A stretch of DNA of 64,000 nt from Cladosporium halotolerans (Eukaryota). How positions within the stretch are numbered: the first letter of the stretch is position 1; the number at the start of each line of letters is the position of its first letter. The notes below the pieces were generated by a model, which searched no databases, had not been told where the DNA came from, and worked only from the letters and a program-made list of their open reading frames with translations. Of this stretch, positions 1 to 11,204 are shown in pieces. Position numbers and translations under genes: made by a program. The DNA lies in the NCBI RefSeq assembly GCF_011745625.1, contig NW_027191474.1:186001-250000 (forward strand), given 5' to 3'.

Positions 1-1861
1 AATGGTCAGCTTAGCAGGCATATTTGCTACATAGCCAAGCTTACTAGGGCTGGTCACTTTGATCCTCTCCAGCGTCTCGACACAAAATTTGAGGCTGTCC
101 ATGGCTTGAGAAGTGAAGTCTCTCGTAGCTTGCACTTGAAGCAAGAAGACAGATGCTGCGATGTAGACTGCATACGCCTGAGATGTAATAACATGGCCGT
201 GACCGAAGGACCTTGTGAAAAAGCTGAAAAGTACAAGGATAGCGTTGGCAGCTTCGAGACATTGCCGGAGGTGATGTCCGCTCTGCGAATCGCTAGCCTC
301 TTCGTGCTTGCCGTAAGTCGTGAGCAAGGGTCTATGCAGGAGTATCCGTGTAGTATGATATAGGAGGCTGTGCCATGTTAGTTGAGATGTCTGGCAGGCT
401 GCCCAAACTAGTATGCTCACTTCAAGGTTACAATGTGGCTCGGCGGGCACTGCGTGGGCAGTGACTGAACCGATATTGTGAGATGAGCCGGAAGTCGTTC
501 ATGCCATGTCGCAAGCCTTCTCTCTTCGTCAAAAGCGCATTTGGCCACCTCTGCAAGAGTGCTCTCTTTCACCGGATTGTACATCGTGACCAATACAGCG
601 TTCAAGATCTTGGACAGAGCGCATGTATTAATGAAACAGGATGTGGTATGGGCCTGCATTGGCGGATAGTTGTCAACGTAAGATTGATCCAGCCCTTGTG
701 GTACCCACGTTTCGATCTCTCCAGTATCATCCAACACGTGAAGCGGTGGACTTTCCGAAGTCTCGTGTAGCGCCGGCAGCCGACCCAGATAGAGTGAGAT
801 TATTTTGTCCCAAAAGTAGCACGACCAGAAGAGACGATTTCGGATCTCGATTTCCTCAACAGAGAGTTGAACGGTCTTTGCGTATTTCCGCCCGTCAAAA
901 ATGATACCCAAATCGACAATCAGTCTGAAGGCCATGCCACTGTAGAGCCACGCTTGAGAGAGATTGCCTGCGCCGCATTCCTGGGCACTGAGTAGTAGCA
1001 AGGCCTGTACTGTAGGAATGGAAGGAGCGCCAGTTTGCAGAGCGGTCATGAGATCAGCTCGCGCCTGACGGCCAAAGTACGCACCGCCTTCGAAGGGTTC
1101 CAGGAGAGGTAGGATACGCTCGTTTGCCTTAGCCCATCTCACAGAGTGTGCGAGAACAGCATTCAGCAGTAAGACCGAGCAATACGGGCCATTACTTTGT
1201 AAATCACGGGTAAAGGTAGGCCGGTAGACGAAATTGAAGACAGGCTGTATCCAGCACCAGTGGAGATCCAAGAGGATTTGTATTACCTCGGGTAGATTAG
1301 ACAACTTTTCGAGAGCACGCTCCGTCCAGGCACTGTTGATGAGTTCCTGCTTCGCCTGCTCGGGATTATGCTCCGAGCCAGATGCTGCAGCATAATGGTC
1401 ATTGGGTCCTGCAACACCCAAATTCATGAAGCTAGTACGGCCATGGAACGAGATGTGACCACCATCGCGCCTGGTCAGACTGGGCAAGTTCCTCGATGAC
1501 TCTGAGCGTTCGTCTACCGGGGATTGAACGGATCCACTTTGCTCAGAGCCAGGCGACTGATTTGGCAGACCTTGAGCTTTCGCCAGAGCCGTCTCAAGCT
1601 CCGATATACGACTTTCTAGCCTTTGAATGTGGGACAAAGATGGTGCTCTAGACCGATACCGTTAGAATGCGAATGGGGTACAGCCATTGAATCTTCTTAC
1701 AATTTATAGACACACGAATGGTCGCCTCTAGCCAAGCAACGAGCACAAATGGGATGGCCTCCATCGCATTTGACCTTTCTGCGCCGACATGATTCACAGG
1801 AGAATGCGCTCTTTTTACGGATACCGCCGTCTGGGACCGGAGGGCTGCTTGGCGGTGCCAT
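1..1861 (-). CDS. Zn(II)2Cys6 transcription factor with fungal-specific TF (Fungal_trans) domain, NirA-like; 3' end runs off the window start
   Basis: ATG at 1861. Exon 1 (1861-1701) gives MAPPSSPPVPDGGIRKKSAFSCESCRRRKVKCDGGHPICARCLARGDHSCVY, a six-Cys binuclear cluster. GT-AG introns at 1700-1648 and 420-368, and one starting at 44. The middle domain has SQAWLYSGMAFRLIVDLG and RNRLFWSCYFWDKIISLYLGR; exon 3 has YHTTRILLHRP. Confidence 0.9.
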
Positions 1862-2208
1862 AGCAGTGAAATCAGAAGATAGGTATATACAGCAAACGAT
1901 GCAACGAAAGCATGATGTCTGTCTGAATCGCGCGAAACGATTCCGACCGGTCGGGTGCTTCTAACGAAGATGCGGAGGGCATAGAGGATGGCGAATGGAA
2001 GCGAAGGAAGCGAACCGATCGGCGCGGTCTTCTCCGCACTCGCGTGACTCGCGTGACGGGAAGACCCGCCGGTCGGGGAGGCAGCCAGGCACCTCCGAGA
2101 GTCCAAGCTCTGACGAACGAGCTGGAGACACACGGACTGCCGCGGACAGCGTCTTCCAGAAGACCACGCCAGACCTCCACCGCGCATCAATCGGCGAGGA
2201 TCCTCACC

Positions 2209-3015
2209 ATGGCCACCGCATCGATCGCCAGAAGCAGCTGCTTCCGCGCAGCAACCCTGTTCAGCCGCCCGTTCGCCGCGCCCGCTCCCTCGAAAGCCTT
2301 CTTCACCACCTCCGCACCATTGAAACAGCTTCGCACAACCTCCAGACCAGCGACTCCTTCTCTCTCGATACTCTCCAGCATAGCCCGCAACCCCGTGGCT
2401 GTCCGCGCACACACTCAAGCAATCAGACATGCATCCACAAGCGGCCAGCCCGCGCAAAAAGCCGCCCCAGCACAAGGAGCCTCGCCCGAGATCCTGACCT
2501 GGAACCGCTTTTTCGACCTCAGGCGCAAGCGCCGCTTCATCAACCTCGGCGCCTCCGTCGTCACCGCCTTCATCACCGTCAGTCTCGCGGCGCCGATGAT
2601 CGCCCAGCAGGACATCGACACCTGGGGCGCGCAGATCTCCGGCATGGACCCCTTCGTGGTGCTCGGCGTGACCACTTTCACAGTAGCCATCTGCGGCTGG
2701 ATGTGCGGCCCTACTTTCGGGACGGCCGCTTTCAAGATATGGGCGGGAAGGAGAGGATGGAACGCTGCTATTGCGCACGTGAGTACTTTTCGGCGCAAGG
2801 ATCACCACGGAACGAGGTGTACTGACGAACAATCACAGAAAGAGAAGAGCTTCTACGCTCGCATCAAGCGCTACCGCGCCGACCCGTCTGCCAGCAGCCC
2901 TCAGAACCCAATCCCGGATTACTACGGCGAGAAGATCGCGAGCGTGAAGGACTACAGGCGCTGGCTGAAGGACCAGCGGACCTTCAACCGCAAGAAGAAC
3001 AGAAGCTTCATCTGA
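2209..3015 (+). CDS. PAM17: Mitochondrial presequence translocase-associated motor subunit Pam17
   Basis: Arg/Ser/Ala-rich presequence from ATG 2209, LTWNRFFDLRRKRR, two hydrophobic segments, and C-terminal RADPSASSPQNPIPDYYGEKIASVKDYRRWLKDQ. One 60-nt intron at 2779-2838 (GTGAGT...ACTGAC...CAG). Confidence 0.92.
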   Translation: MATASIARSSCFRAATLFSRPFAAPAPSKAFFTTSAPLKQLRTTSRPATPSLSILSSIARNPVAVRAHTQAIRHASTSGQPAQKAAPAQGASPEILTWNRFFDLRRKRRFINLGASVVTAFITVSLAAPMIAQQDIDTWGAQISGMDPFVVLGVTTFTVAICGWMCGPTFGTAAFKIWAGRRGWNAAIAHVSTFRRKDHHGTRCTDEQSQKEKSFYARIKRYRADPSASSPQNPIPDYYGEKIASVKDYRRWLKDQRTFNRKKNRSFI

Positions 3016-3278
3016 AGGATCCGATGAGCGGTCAGGGAAAGAGAGGCGGTCATGATGCGAAGTTCGGTCGCACGGAAGGAGTGTGGTTTGCATTATGGCA
3101 GGAAAACGTTGGAGCATGGCGAAAGAGGCGTTATCGATTTGAATATTTCCACGCAGTTGGACGGCCATCATCGATTGAGCTGGATAAAGTTGTTCATATG
3201 TACGACTACGGCTAAGTTATACAAACAATTTTCTCCTGTCCAAAAGTATCGTCCAATAATCCACTCCACCAGATCCAA

Positions 3279-4355
3279 TCAGTACTTGGCGCCCAACTCC
3301 TTCTCCCTCCTGATCTGCTCCTCGTCAACAACAATGATCGCCTTGCCCTGAATCTTGCCACCATGAACCATCTCAACCAACTCCCCGATCTTATGAAGAC
3401 CGTAAAACGGATTCGTCTTGACCGTCACCCCGTGCTCCGCAATACACTTCAGCATACTCTTGGACTCCTCCGGCGAACAAATCAACGACCCCCTAATCCT
3501 GATGTCCCGGAAAATGATCTCCGGGAACGGGATCTCCACCACGTCCGGCTGCGCAATCTGCACCATCAGCCCATGCATCTTCGTCACCGCGCACGCCAGC
3601 CCCGCCGCGCTCGGCGCATCGCTCAGATTCACCGTCGCGTCCGCGCCCATCCCGCCCGTAACCCCCTGCACCGCCCGCACAGCCTCCTCCTTTCCCTCCC
3701 GCGCATCGACAACCACGTCCGCCCCGTGCTCCCGCGTCAACGCCAGCCCCTCATCCCGCGCATCGACGCCCACAACCTTCAGCCCCAGCGCCTTCGCAAA
3801 CTGGATCCCCAAGTGCCCCAGCCCGCCTCCGCTCCCGACGAAACAAACCCACTCGCCGGCCTTCAGCTCCGTCTCCAGCACGGCGCGCCAGACCGTCCTG
3901 CCCGCGCACGCCAGCGGCGCCGCGCTCATGAAGCTCACCGCGTCCGGCAGCGCCGTGGTACTCCGCGAATCAGCCTTCACGTACTCGGCGAAACAGCCCT
4001 GCGCCGTGACACCAATGTGGCCTTCGATATTAGTGCAGTACTGCAACTGCTTCTCCGGGCCGAGACAATCGGGGCATGCGCCGCACGGGTGCAGCGGCAG
4101 GCCGCACATGACTCTGTCGCCGTTGGCGAAGTTCTTGACAGCGGATCCAACAGCGACGACGGTCCCCGCGCCCTCGTGCGAGGCCGTGACGGGCAGCTTG
4201 GTGCCGAAGACGCCGGCCTGCACCATGCTGTCTGTGTGGCAGTTGGAGGCGACGGCGACTTTGACGAGGAGGTCGTGCGGGGCTAGGTCGGCGGGGACGG
4301 GGACGGAGTTGATTTTGTAGGGCGTGTTGTAGGCTTCGACTTGGATTGCGCGCAT
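3279..4355 (-). CDS. Zinc-binding alcohol dehydrogenase (MDR family, GroES-like)
   Basis: Intronless 358 aa ORF with CHTD, SHEGAG, structural-zinc CGACPDC...C, and Rossmann GSGGGLGHLGIQFAKA. Confidence 0.92.
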   Translation of the reverse strand: MRAIQVEAYNTPYKINSVPVPADLAPHDLLVKVAVASNCHTDSMVQAGVFGTKLPVTASHEGAGTVVAVGSAVKNFANGDRVMCGLPLHPCGACPDCLGPEKQLQYCTNIEGHIGVTAQGCFAEYVKADSRSTTALPDAVSFMSAAPLACAGRTVWRAVLETELKAGEWVCFVGSGGGLGHLGIQFAKALGLKVVGVDARDEGLALTREHGADVVVDAREGKEEAVRAVQGVTGGMGADATVNLSDAPSAAGLACAVTKMHGLMVQIAQPDVVEIPFPEIIFRDIRIRGSLICSPEESKSMLKCIAEHGVTVKTNPFYGLHKIGELVEMVHGGKIQGKAIIVVDEEQIRREKELGAKY

Positions 4356-5700
4356 TTTGGAGGGGAGGGAGGGGAGGCCATTTTGGGTGCGTTGGAGAGG
4401 AGTGTGTTGCTCAAAGGAAGGTGGGTGGTGCTGTCGGTGAGCTGTGGGTGGAGCTGGTTCTGGAAGGTGTTGCTGAGGGGAGGTCCGAGAGGAGCATCTT
4501 GGAGCTTTTCAATGCTCCGGTGGAGCTCGAATGATTTGTGTTCTGACGTTTGTTATTCGGGAATAATCAAGATAGGCTTCGAGATGGAGGTGGGGTTGGT
4601 CGAGATCCGACGGGCTGTCGTCATGCCGGTTGAAGCATGGCTGGCGGTCGATCAGGGTCCACGGTGTGGACATTGCTTTGCGAACATGTCAAATTGATCT
4701 GTGTCTGCTGAAGTCTTGCTCACAGTGCTTGAACCTTTGTGCTTCAAGACAAGGTCTGGATCTTCGATGGCCTGACGTCAGCGACAAGCAGCGGGGCATG
4801 CTGAAAACAATAACATCACCTCGAACACCTTCATACCGCTGGATACTTGACGGTGCAAGATTGTTATTGCTGGCAATGGAAGCTGAGCCGGAACTTGGCC
4901 AGTAGCGTTCATTGCACTGTGGATGAGAACAAGCATGTCGACTACGTTGTCCCGGCTCATGCAGATCCAGACGCATGAGAGTCTATCTGTCGAGGAAAGT
5001 AACAGTTTCGCCTTGCTCGAAGAGGTTGATCCCTCGACCAAGGGACCCAACTCGACACAATTGGAGTATCGACTTCGAGTAGGTCAAGAAGAAACGGTAC
5101 GTACCTGTCTCAGAGACAGGACAAGGATTAGATGCAGATTGCCACGTGTTTACCTCCTATCGTCCTGGAACACGGTCCTCGACGGGAAGAGCGCCCCGGA
5201 TTCACACGTGCGGGTAGTTTGAAGACATCAAGAGCCGTATCCGCCCAGATATGCTAATCGGACACTTTGAAAGATTATCGAGGAAATCCTGCTGGTTCGA
5301 AGCAGACTTCTCGTCGAGGTACATGGCCCGATAGAGGCGGAAAGGGAGGCTGAAGTGACCCAACCGGAGCGCGATACATCATGGCCAAATCGAGCGAGCA
5401 TTGAACTTTCAAGCCAGCCACGATTCTGGCCTCATCTTCTGTCACGTGCACGCGCGTGTGATGAATGCGATGGTATGAGCAAGTAAATGTCTTGGCGCAG
5501 CAGCCACCGCAGCTTTCGATGCAGCGAAGCGTGTGCAACCAACCAGCAGATGCGGATACCTGCTCACTCTTCAGCAAACACCCCGAAAGCGCGTTCACGT
5601 GTCCGAAGCCATGTGTGAGCGACGTGGGTGCGGCGTGGGAGCGGTGGCCAGACCGACTGGAATGTGGACTCTGGCATCCACACCACCACTCGTCCAGCCG

Positions 5701-5706
5701 TATAAA
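5701..5706 (+). promoter_or_regulatory. Candidate TATA box of the reductase gene
   Basis: TATAAA about 80 nt upstream of ATG 5783. Confidence 0.5.
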
Positions 5707-5782
5707 GTGATTGACAACCGACCACCACCTTGAGCCTCTCGACCTCTCTGCTGAATTCTTCGTCGTCACAACAACCCCGACG

Positions 5783-7971
5783 ATGAAAACCGCCGCTATC
5801 ATCGCCGCCGGCATCAGTCTGGCCTCGCCCGCCTCTGCTTCCACCGGCAGGGAAGGCCACGGACTCATCGGTTATGGCATCCAGATGTACAATCCGACCT
5901 GCGCCTTCGCCTGCCAATCATCCATCAGCAACCCCTTGGACTGCCCAGATGCCCATCACGACATGGAAGGCATGGTCATGAAGCGTATGTCCGGCATGCA
6001 CGAGGAGAAGCCTTCGCCCGAATGCTACGCCAACAACGTCCCGTACTTGCAAACACTCGCATACTGCATGTATCAATACTGCGCGGATGATGTGGCCAAC
6101 TCGACTCGCGACAAATTCTTCGAGATGAGCATTGGAGGTCGCATGAAGCAACCGCCGAAGCCGCTGTACTCCTACTCTGAAGCGTTGCTCAGGATCGATC
6201 GTGCGCCGACGAACACCACGCCGGCAGAGGAAATGCTGATGGAGGTCAGCTTGGTGGCGGAAGAGGACTATCTCCCGAACTTCAACGGCAACTATGGCTT
6301 CGAGAGGGCTGAGGGTGTCCACTCTCGCTATGGGTGAGTCTATGATGATGCTTCATGCATTATCCTGTTTCTCAGCTGACAGATACCAGAATCATCGTCA
6401 TGGCCACTGGCATCGCGATCCCAATCGCAGCATCCCTCCTCCGATTCCTGCCCCTACCAAAGCGTCTCGGAAATCGCCTCAATGCCTACTTCAACTACCC
6501 ACCCGCTATGGGGTCCCGGCACAGCACTCCGCTTCTGAATCTGATGATCATGCCGACTCGCGGACAGTCTCTGTTCTTATTCTATCTGGTGGCCGTCAAC
6601 GTCATCCTATGTTCGGTCGGTTTCGAATCTCGCCAGCCCAATTCCTGGTTTGCTTCATCCGCAGAAGAGATCAGATCGCTTGTTGCGAATCGCACGGGTG
6701 TGCTGAGTCTGGTCAATCTCGCACTCTCTGTACTATACGCTGGCCGCAACAACTTTCTCATCTTTCTCACCGACTGGCCGCAGTCTACTTACCTTCTGCT
6801 CCATCGCTGGACGGCTGGTATCGCTACCTTACAAGCTTGCATCCACTCAGCGATCTACCTGCACAACTACCTGCAATCTGGCGATCATGCAACGGAAGCC
6901 AAGCTCGACTACTGGGTCTGGGGTGTCGTCGCAACGCTCGCCATGACTATTCTTCTGCCGACTTCAATACTTCCTCTTAGACAGAAAGCCTACGAGATCT
7001 TCCTCGCCTGGCATGTGATCGTGGCTTTCTTCGCCATCCTCGGCTGCTATTTGCACATCTTCCTCCGCTTCGAGCGTCAGTGGGGCTACGAGTTGTGGGT
7101 ATACCTGGCATTCGCTTTCTGGGCCTTCGATCGACTTATGAGATTCGCCCGTCTCGCCAGAAACGGCATCTGCAAAGCCAAAGTCACCGTCATCGACGAA
7201 GACTACATCCGCCTCGACGTCCCCGGCGTAACAGGCGAAGGACAAGCCTACCTCTACTTCCCCACCCTCACCTGGCGAGTATGGGAAAACCACCCCTTCT
7301 CCATCGCCGGCGGCTTCCTGCACATCAACCCCGACGCCAAACCCACCGAGACCCACGTCTCCTCCAGCGCCAGCTCCGCCCACGCCTCCACAACCACCGA
7401 CATCGAAAAACACCCCACCGTCTCAGTCAGCCCCACAACCAAACCACACACTCCCACCCCATACTCAAACCCCCACCAAAACCTAACCTTCATAATCCGC
7501 ACCCACACCGGCACCACCTCCCTCCTGCGCTCGCGCGCCTCCCTCCCCCTCCTCCTCGAATCCCCCTACCCCGGCTCCCTCCTCCACCCCACCCCCGCAG
7601 CCCTAAACGCCCACCCCCGCCTCCTCTGCATCGCCGGCGGCGTCGGCATCACCGCCCTCCTGCCCTTGCTCGCCTCGCACCGCGGCGCCCGCAAACTCGC
7701 CTGGGGCGTGCGCAACGCGAGTTTGCTCGCCGGCTTGCGCGATCTGACCGAGGGGCCGGGCATGGCGGGCGTGCATGTGCGGACGAGCGTGGGGGCGAGG
7801 TTGGATGTGCGGGCGCTTGTGGAGGGGGAGGCCGGGAGGGTTGGAGAGGGCAGTCTGGCGGTTGTTGTCAGTGGGCCGCCGGGGATGGCGGATGAGGTGC
7901 GCGCGGCTGTTGTGCGGGTTGTGGGGAGGGGAGGGGTGGTGGGGTTTTGGGAGGAGAGCTATAGTTGGTGA
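5783..7971 (+). CDS. Ferric/cupric reductase transmembrane component (FRE family) with signal peptide and Cys-rich extracellular N-terminus
   Basis: ATG 5783 with signal peptide; intron 6334-6389. Motifs GRNNFLIFLTDW, heme-ligand His pairs (LLHRW...IHS, AWHVI...YLH), FAD-binding ENHPFS, NADPH-binding IAGGVGIT, SGPPGMADEVR, and terminal EESYSW. Confidence 0.92.
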
Positions 7972-9090
7972 GGTTGGGTGGGAGGGAGGGGAAGTGGGGT
8001 TGGGGAGCGAGGTTGGCGTGCTTTTTGTGGCTGCTTAGATGTCAGTACAGTAAACGCATTTCTGGAATCATTCCGCGTGTTCATGTCAATTTCTCAAGCG
8101 ACGTTTATCGCCGCAGCATGCCTTGCAAACTTTCCTCCGTTGGCTTGATCGCTCTAGCGCCCGAGCACCGCTTCAGAGTTGGTAAGGTAGGCAGTGGAGG
8201 CAGTGCAATACGTCTGACTCAGATGAGGAGCACGTCCGGGATAGCCAAGCACGCCACATTTGTCGTCATGATACTCTGCAACGATGTGGATATATCTGCA
8301 CTCGGGAATGCATACAGTCTGCAACACACGCCGGTCGAGTCCGTGCTCCCAACACGTCAAGGCACGTCTGGTCGTTCTGCGTTGAATGCGGACTGAGCGC
8401 GAAAACAGAGGCAGAGAGGCAGACTCGTGCTTAAATTGGCCTTGAAGCTTGAAGGGCGATTGAGGACTATAGTGCCATTCTGAGCAGATGCTTGAAAATG
8501 TACATCTTCATGTGGAATACAAAAAATAGACACGTATGGGTCCCAAACGACGTACGATGTCCGATCGATCTGGTGGGATATCATCGGGGAGGTCAATGGC
8601 TGCTGAGAACGGTATGCCCAGCGCGTTATGCGCGTCAAAGAAACAAGCATGGCTGAGGCGCGACGTAGGTCACTCGACGCTATGGAGGCACAAGTTTTCG
8701 ACATTAATAAATTATTTGACGGCGATGCTCGTGAAACGGACAAAGAGAGTCGTCACGAACACATACAGTAGCCTCGAAGACTTAACATCGAATCAGTCCA
8801 CCTCTACAATGGACGGTACAATTCCCAAGAGAACAAGATGTCGAAACGTCGGTAAGCACCGTTCAGCAGTAGACAGGGGAAAGTTTTTGTGAACGCAATC
8901 CAAGATACCTAAGCGTAGAATGTACGAAAAGACAAAGCATGCCATTAGATCCACTCCAATCCAAATCTCACTCGCAAGCCAATAACATCTCATCAATGAA
9001 CGTCGCGCATTCAGCGCCCAGGTGCAATACCAGGAGACCGACCTTTCGCCGTACGTATCCGCCCGCCTCGTCTTGGAGAAGGCGGTTCAA

Positions 9091-10461
9091 CTAGGTAGGA
9101 CGCGATGCAGACGTCCTGGCACTAACGAACGAAGAAGCCGAACTCGACTGCGGGTCCCTTGAGCTGGAAGCAGGACCGCTTGCCGCCTTCTTTGTCTTGT
9201 TCAGAGCTCGCTGTTCCGCGGCCTCGGCTCGCCGTCTCTCTTCTTCGGCGACCGCTTGAGCTTCGCGTTGCTGTTTCCTCTTTCCGTCTTCCTCGCGCTT
9301 TGCTGGAGAAAGGTCAGCCACCGTTTGGATCAAGTCGCGGCTGGACCTTACCTTTCGGCTTGTATGAGCTGAAGATCGGCAGAGCCACTCGCTTCTCAGA
9401 ACGCTGGAAGACCTTGGCTTCCTGGATGTAAGGGTTGCCGATGACGATGTCATACGGTGCATCGTCAACGACATAGAACTCAGTCAAGCTGTACTTGAAG
9501 GCGTCGCGAGCGCACCAGGAGAGTTTGATCTTGTGGCTCGGTAAGCAAGTCTGCTGATTGAGGCTCGTAAAACCACGGGACCCGATGTCCGTCTCGCTCA
9601 AGATCTCGAGCTGGGATTCCAGGCCCTGTGCTGTGATGAGGGTCTTCGTGATGAAATTGGCATCACTTCCAGTGTCGTATTTACCTCGCACGGGGAACCA
9701 GCTCGAGCCGGAAGGTTCTTGGTGCGTCTTTGCAATAACCGCGTCGAGCATGGAAAGATCTTGATCGAGTTCCCTAGACTCAGGGCTGTGGCTGGCAATT
9801 ACGCTATCACGCTTCGAGTTTGATGCGACTTTGGGTGTCGCCATACGCTCCGGACAGAATGAGTCGATGTCGTCGGCGCCGGACACCGAATCATTCAAAG
9901 CGCGCCTATGTTGCGGTCAATAGCCAGAAGGCGGTGGAGATTTGAGCAAATTTACCTCACCGAGGAATTGTCTTGTGCCCGCAGATTCGAGAGAGCTCCT
10001 TGCAAAGCTGTGGTGAGAGTTGTAAAGTCGCTTTGCATATCTGCCTGCTTTTGCTTTATCTCCTGCCATTCAAGGCTATGCTGATCAGCCTGCTGAAGAG
10101 CTGTTAAGGAACGGGGAACTCACTCTCGGCATAGATCGCGCATCAACACGACCGCGTTTCGGAATTCGTCCATCTCTTGCTTGCTCTTCTTACTGACCAC
10201 TCCAGGCCAAGAGTCGATACCGTGCTGCTTCAGATACTTACTCGCTTTCTCCGACATGGAAGACCCCAAGCTTTCACATCGTTCGTAGAACTCTTTGAGA
10301 ATGGACGTGGTGGAGCTCGGGCTCGCCTTAGCGATGATTTTGCCCGAATCTTCAAGCAGACCCAACAGCACATATAGGTCGGAGAACTCATTTGCCGGTG
10401 AATGGGCTTGCAGATAGCTCGGGAGAGCCGATATCCCGAGCGGTCTACTTGCTGGGTCCAT
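9091..10461 (-). CDS. Hypothetical 4-exon protein: N-terminal helical domain + retropepsin-like aspartic protease domain + charged coiled-coil tail
   Basis: Exons 10461-10124, 10075-9956, 9905-9352 and 9302-9091 join in frame through GT-AG introns of 48-50 nt. Exon 3 has VRGKYDTGSDANFIT and FYVVDDAPYDIVIGNPYI, matching the DTG and D-hh-h-G motifs of retropepsins. Confidence 0.7.
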
Positions 10462-11204
10462 TTCTTCTTATTGAATTCTTGCGATTTGGGCGGAGACAAA
10501 ATGTTATGGAAAGTGACGAGGTAAGTAACGATCGTGAACAGAACAATTCAGAGCGGACCGTCCATCTTTTTGTACCTTGTGGTGCTGAGGCTGACGCGGT
10601 TCGCTCGCGTGCAGTCAGGCGCCTAAAGCTGTTTCGATCTCATGTTGCGGCGCTTAACGGTGCCGCATACTTGCAGTAGTATGTTTGACGATTAGGAAGC
10701 GACTTCTGTTTGAGGGGACAGAGAGGGCATCTAGAATGCTTGCGTGTTCTTTCAGACAACATCGGATGCGACGCGACAAAGCGTGCCGTATCCTTTCCTG
10801 CTAAGCGCTGAGGAGCCCAGCCCGGCGTCGCAAGGCTATCACAAGCTCGCGAACCTCATAGGCCAGTAGCCCGGAGCAACAAGGCTATCTTTGTTGAAAT
10901 AGTCCTCGAACCTTCGTGAGCTCTGCTGTCAGTGTTATGCCAAACTCACCATCTGATCATCTCGGTGCTCAACTTTCCTTCTGCCGGCCAACTGTATTTT
11001 CTTCCTTCGACGAAACGTGTTGCACTCGAGCTCCGGGAGACTAATCGAACGTATAAAACCAAACTGAATGTTCAAACGAGTGTCGTGATTCGTAAATGCT
11101 ATGAAATGCTCCAATTATGTAAGGATCAAAAGAGAGAAAATGTGCTCTATGCGAAATCAGTGTTGATTACAGCAATCCCCCTAATAATGCTCATGCAAGA
11201 CCAT

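Noticed and set aside
9314..9898. Retropepsin motif as evidence for an LTR retrotransposon
   Set aside because: The motif sits in an intron-containing gene with no gag, RT, RNase H, integrase or LTRs nearby.
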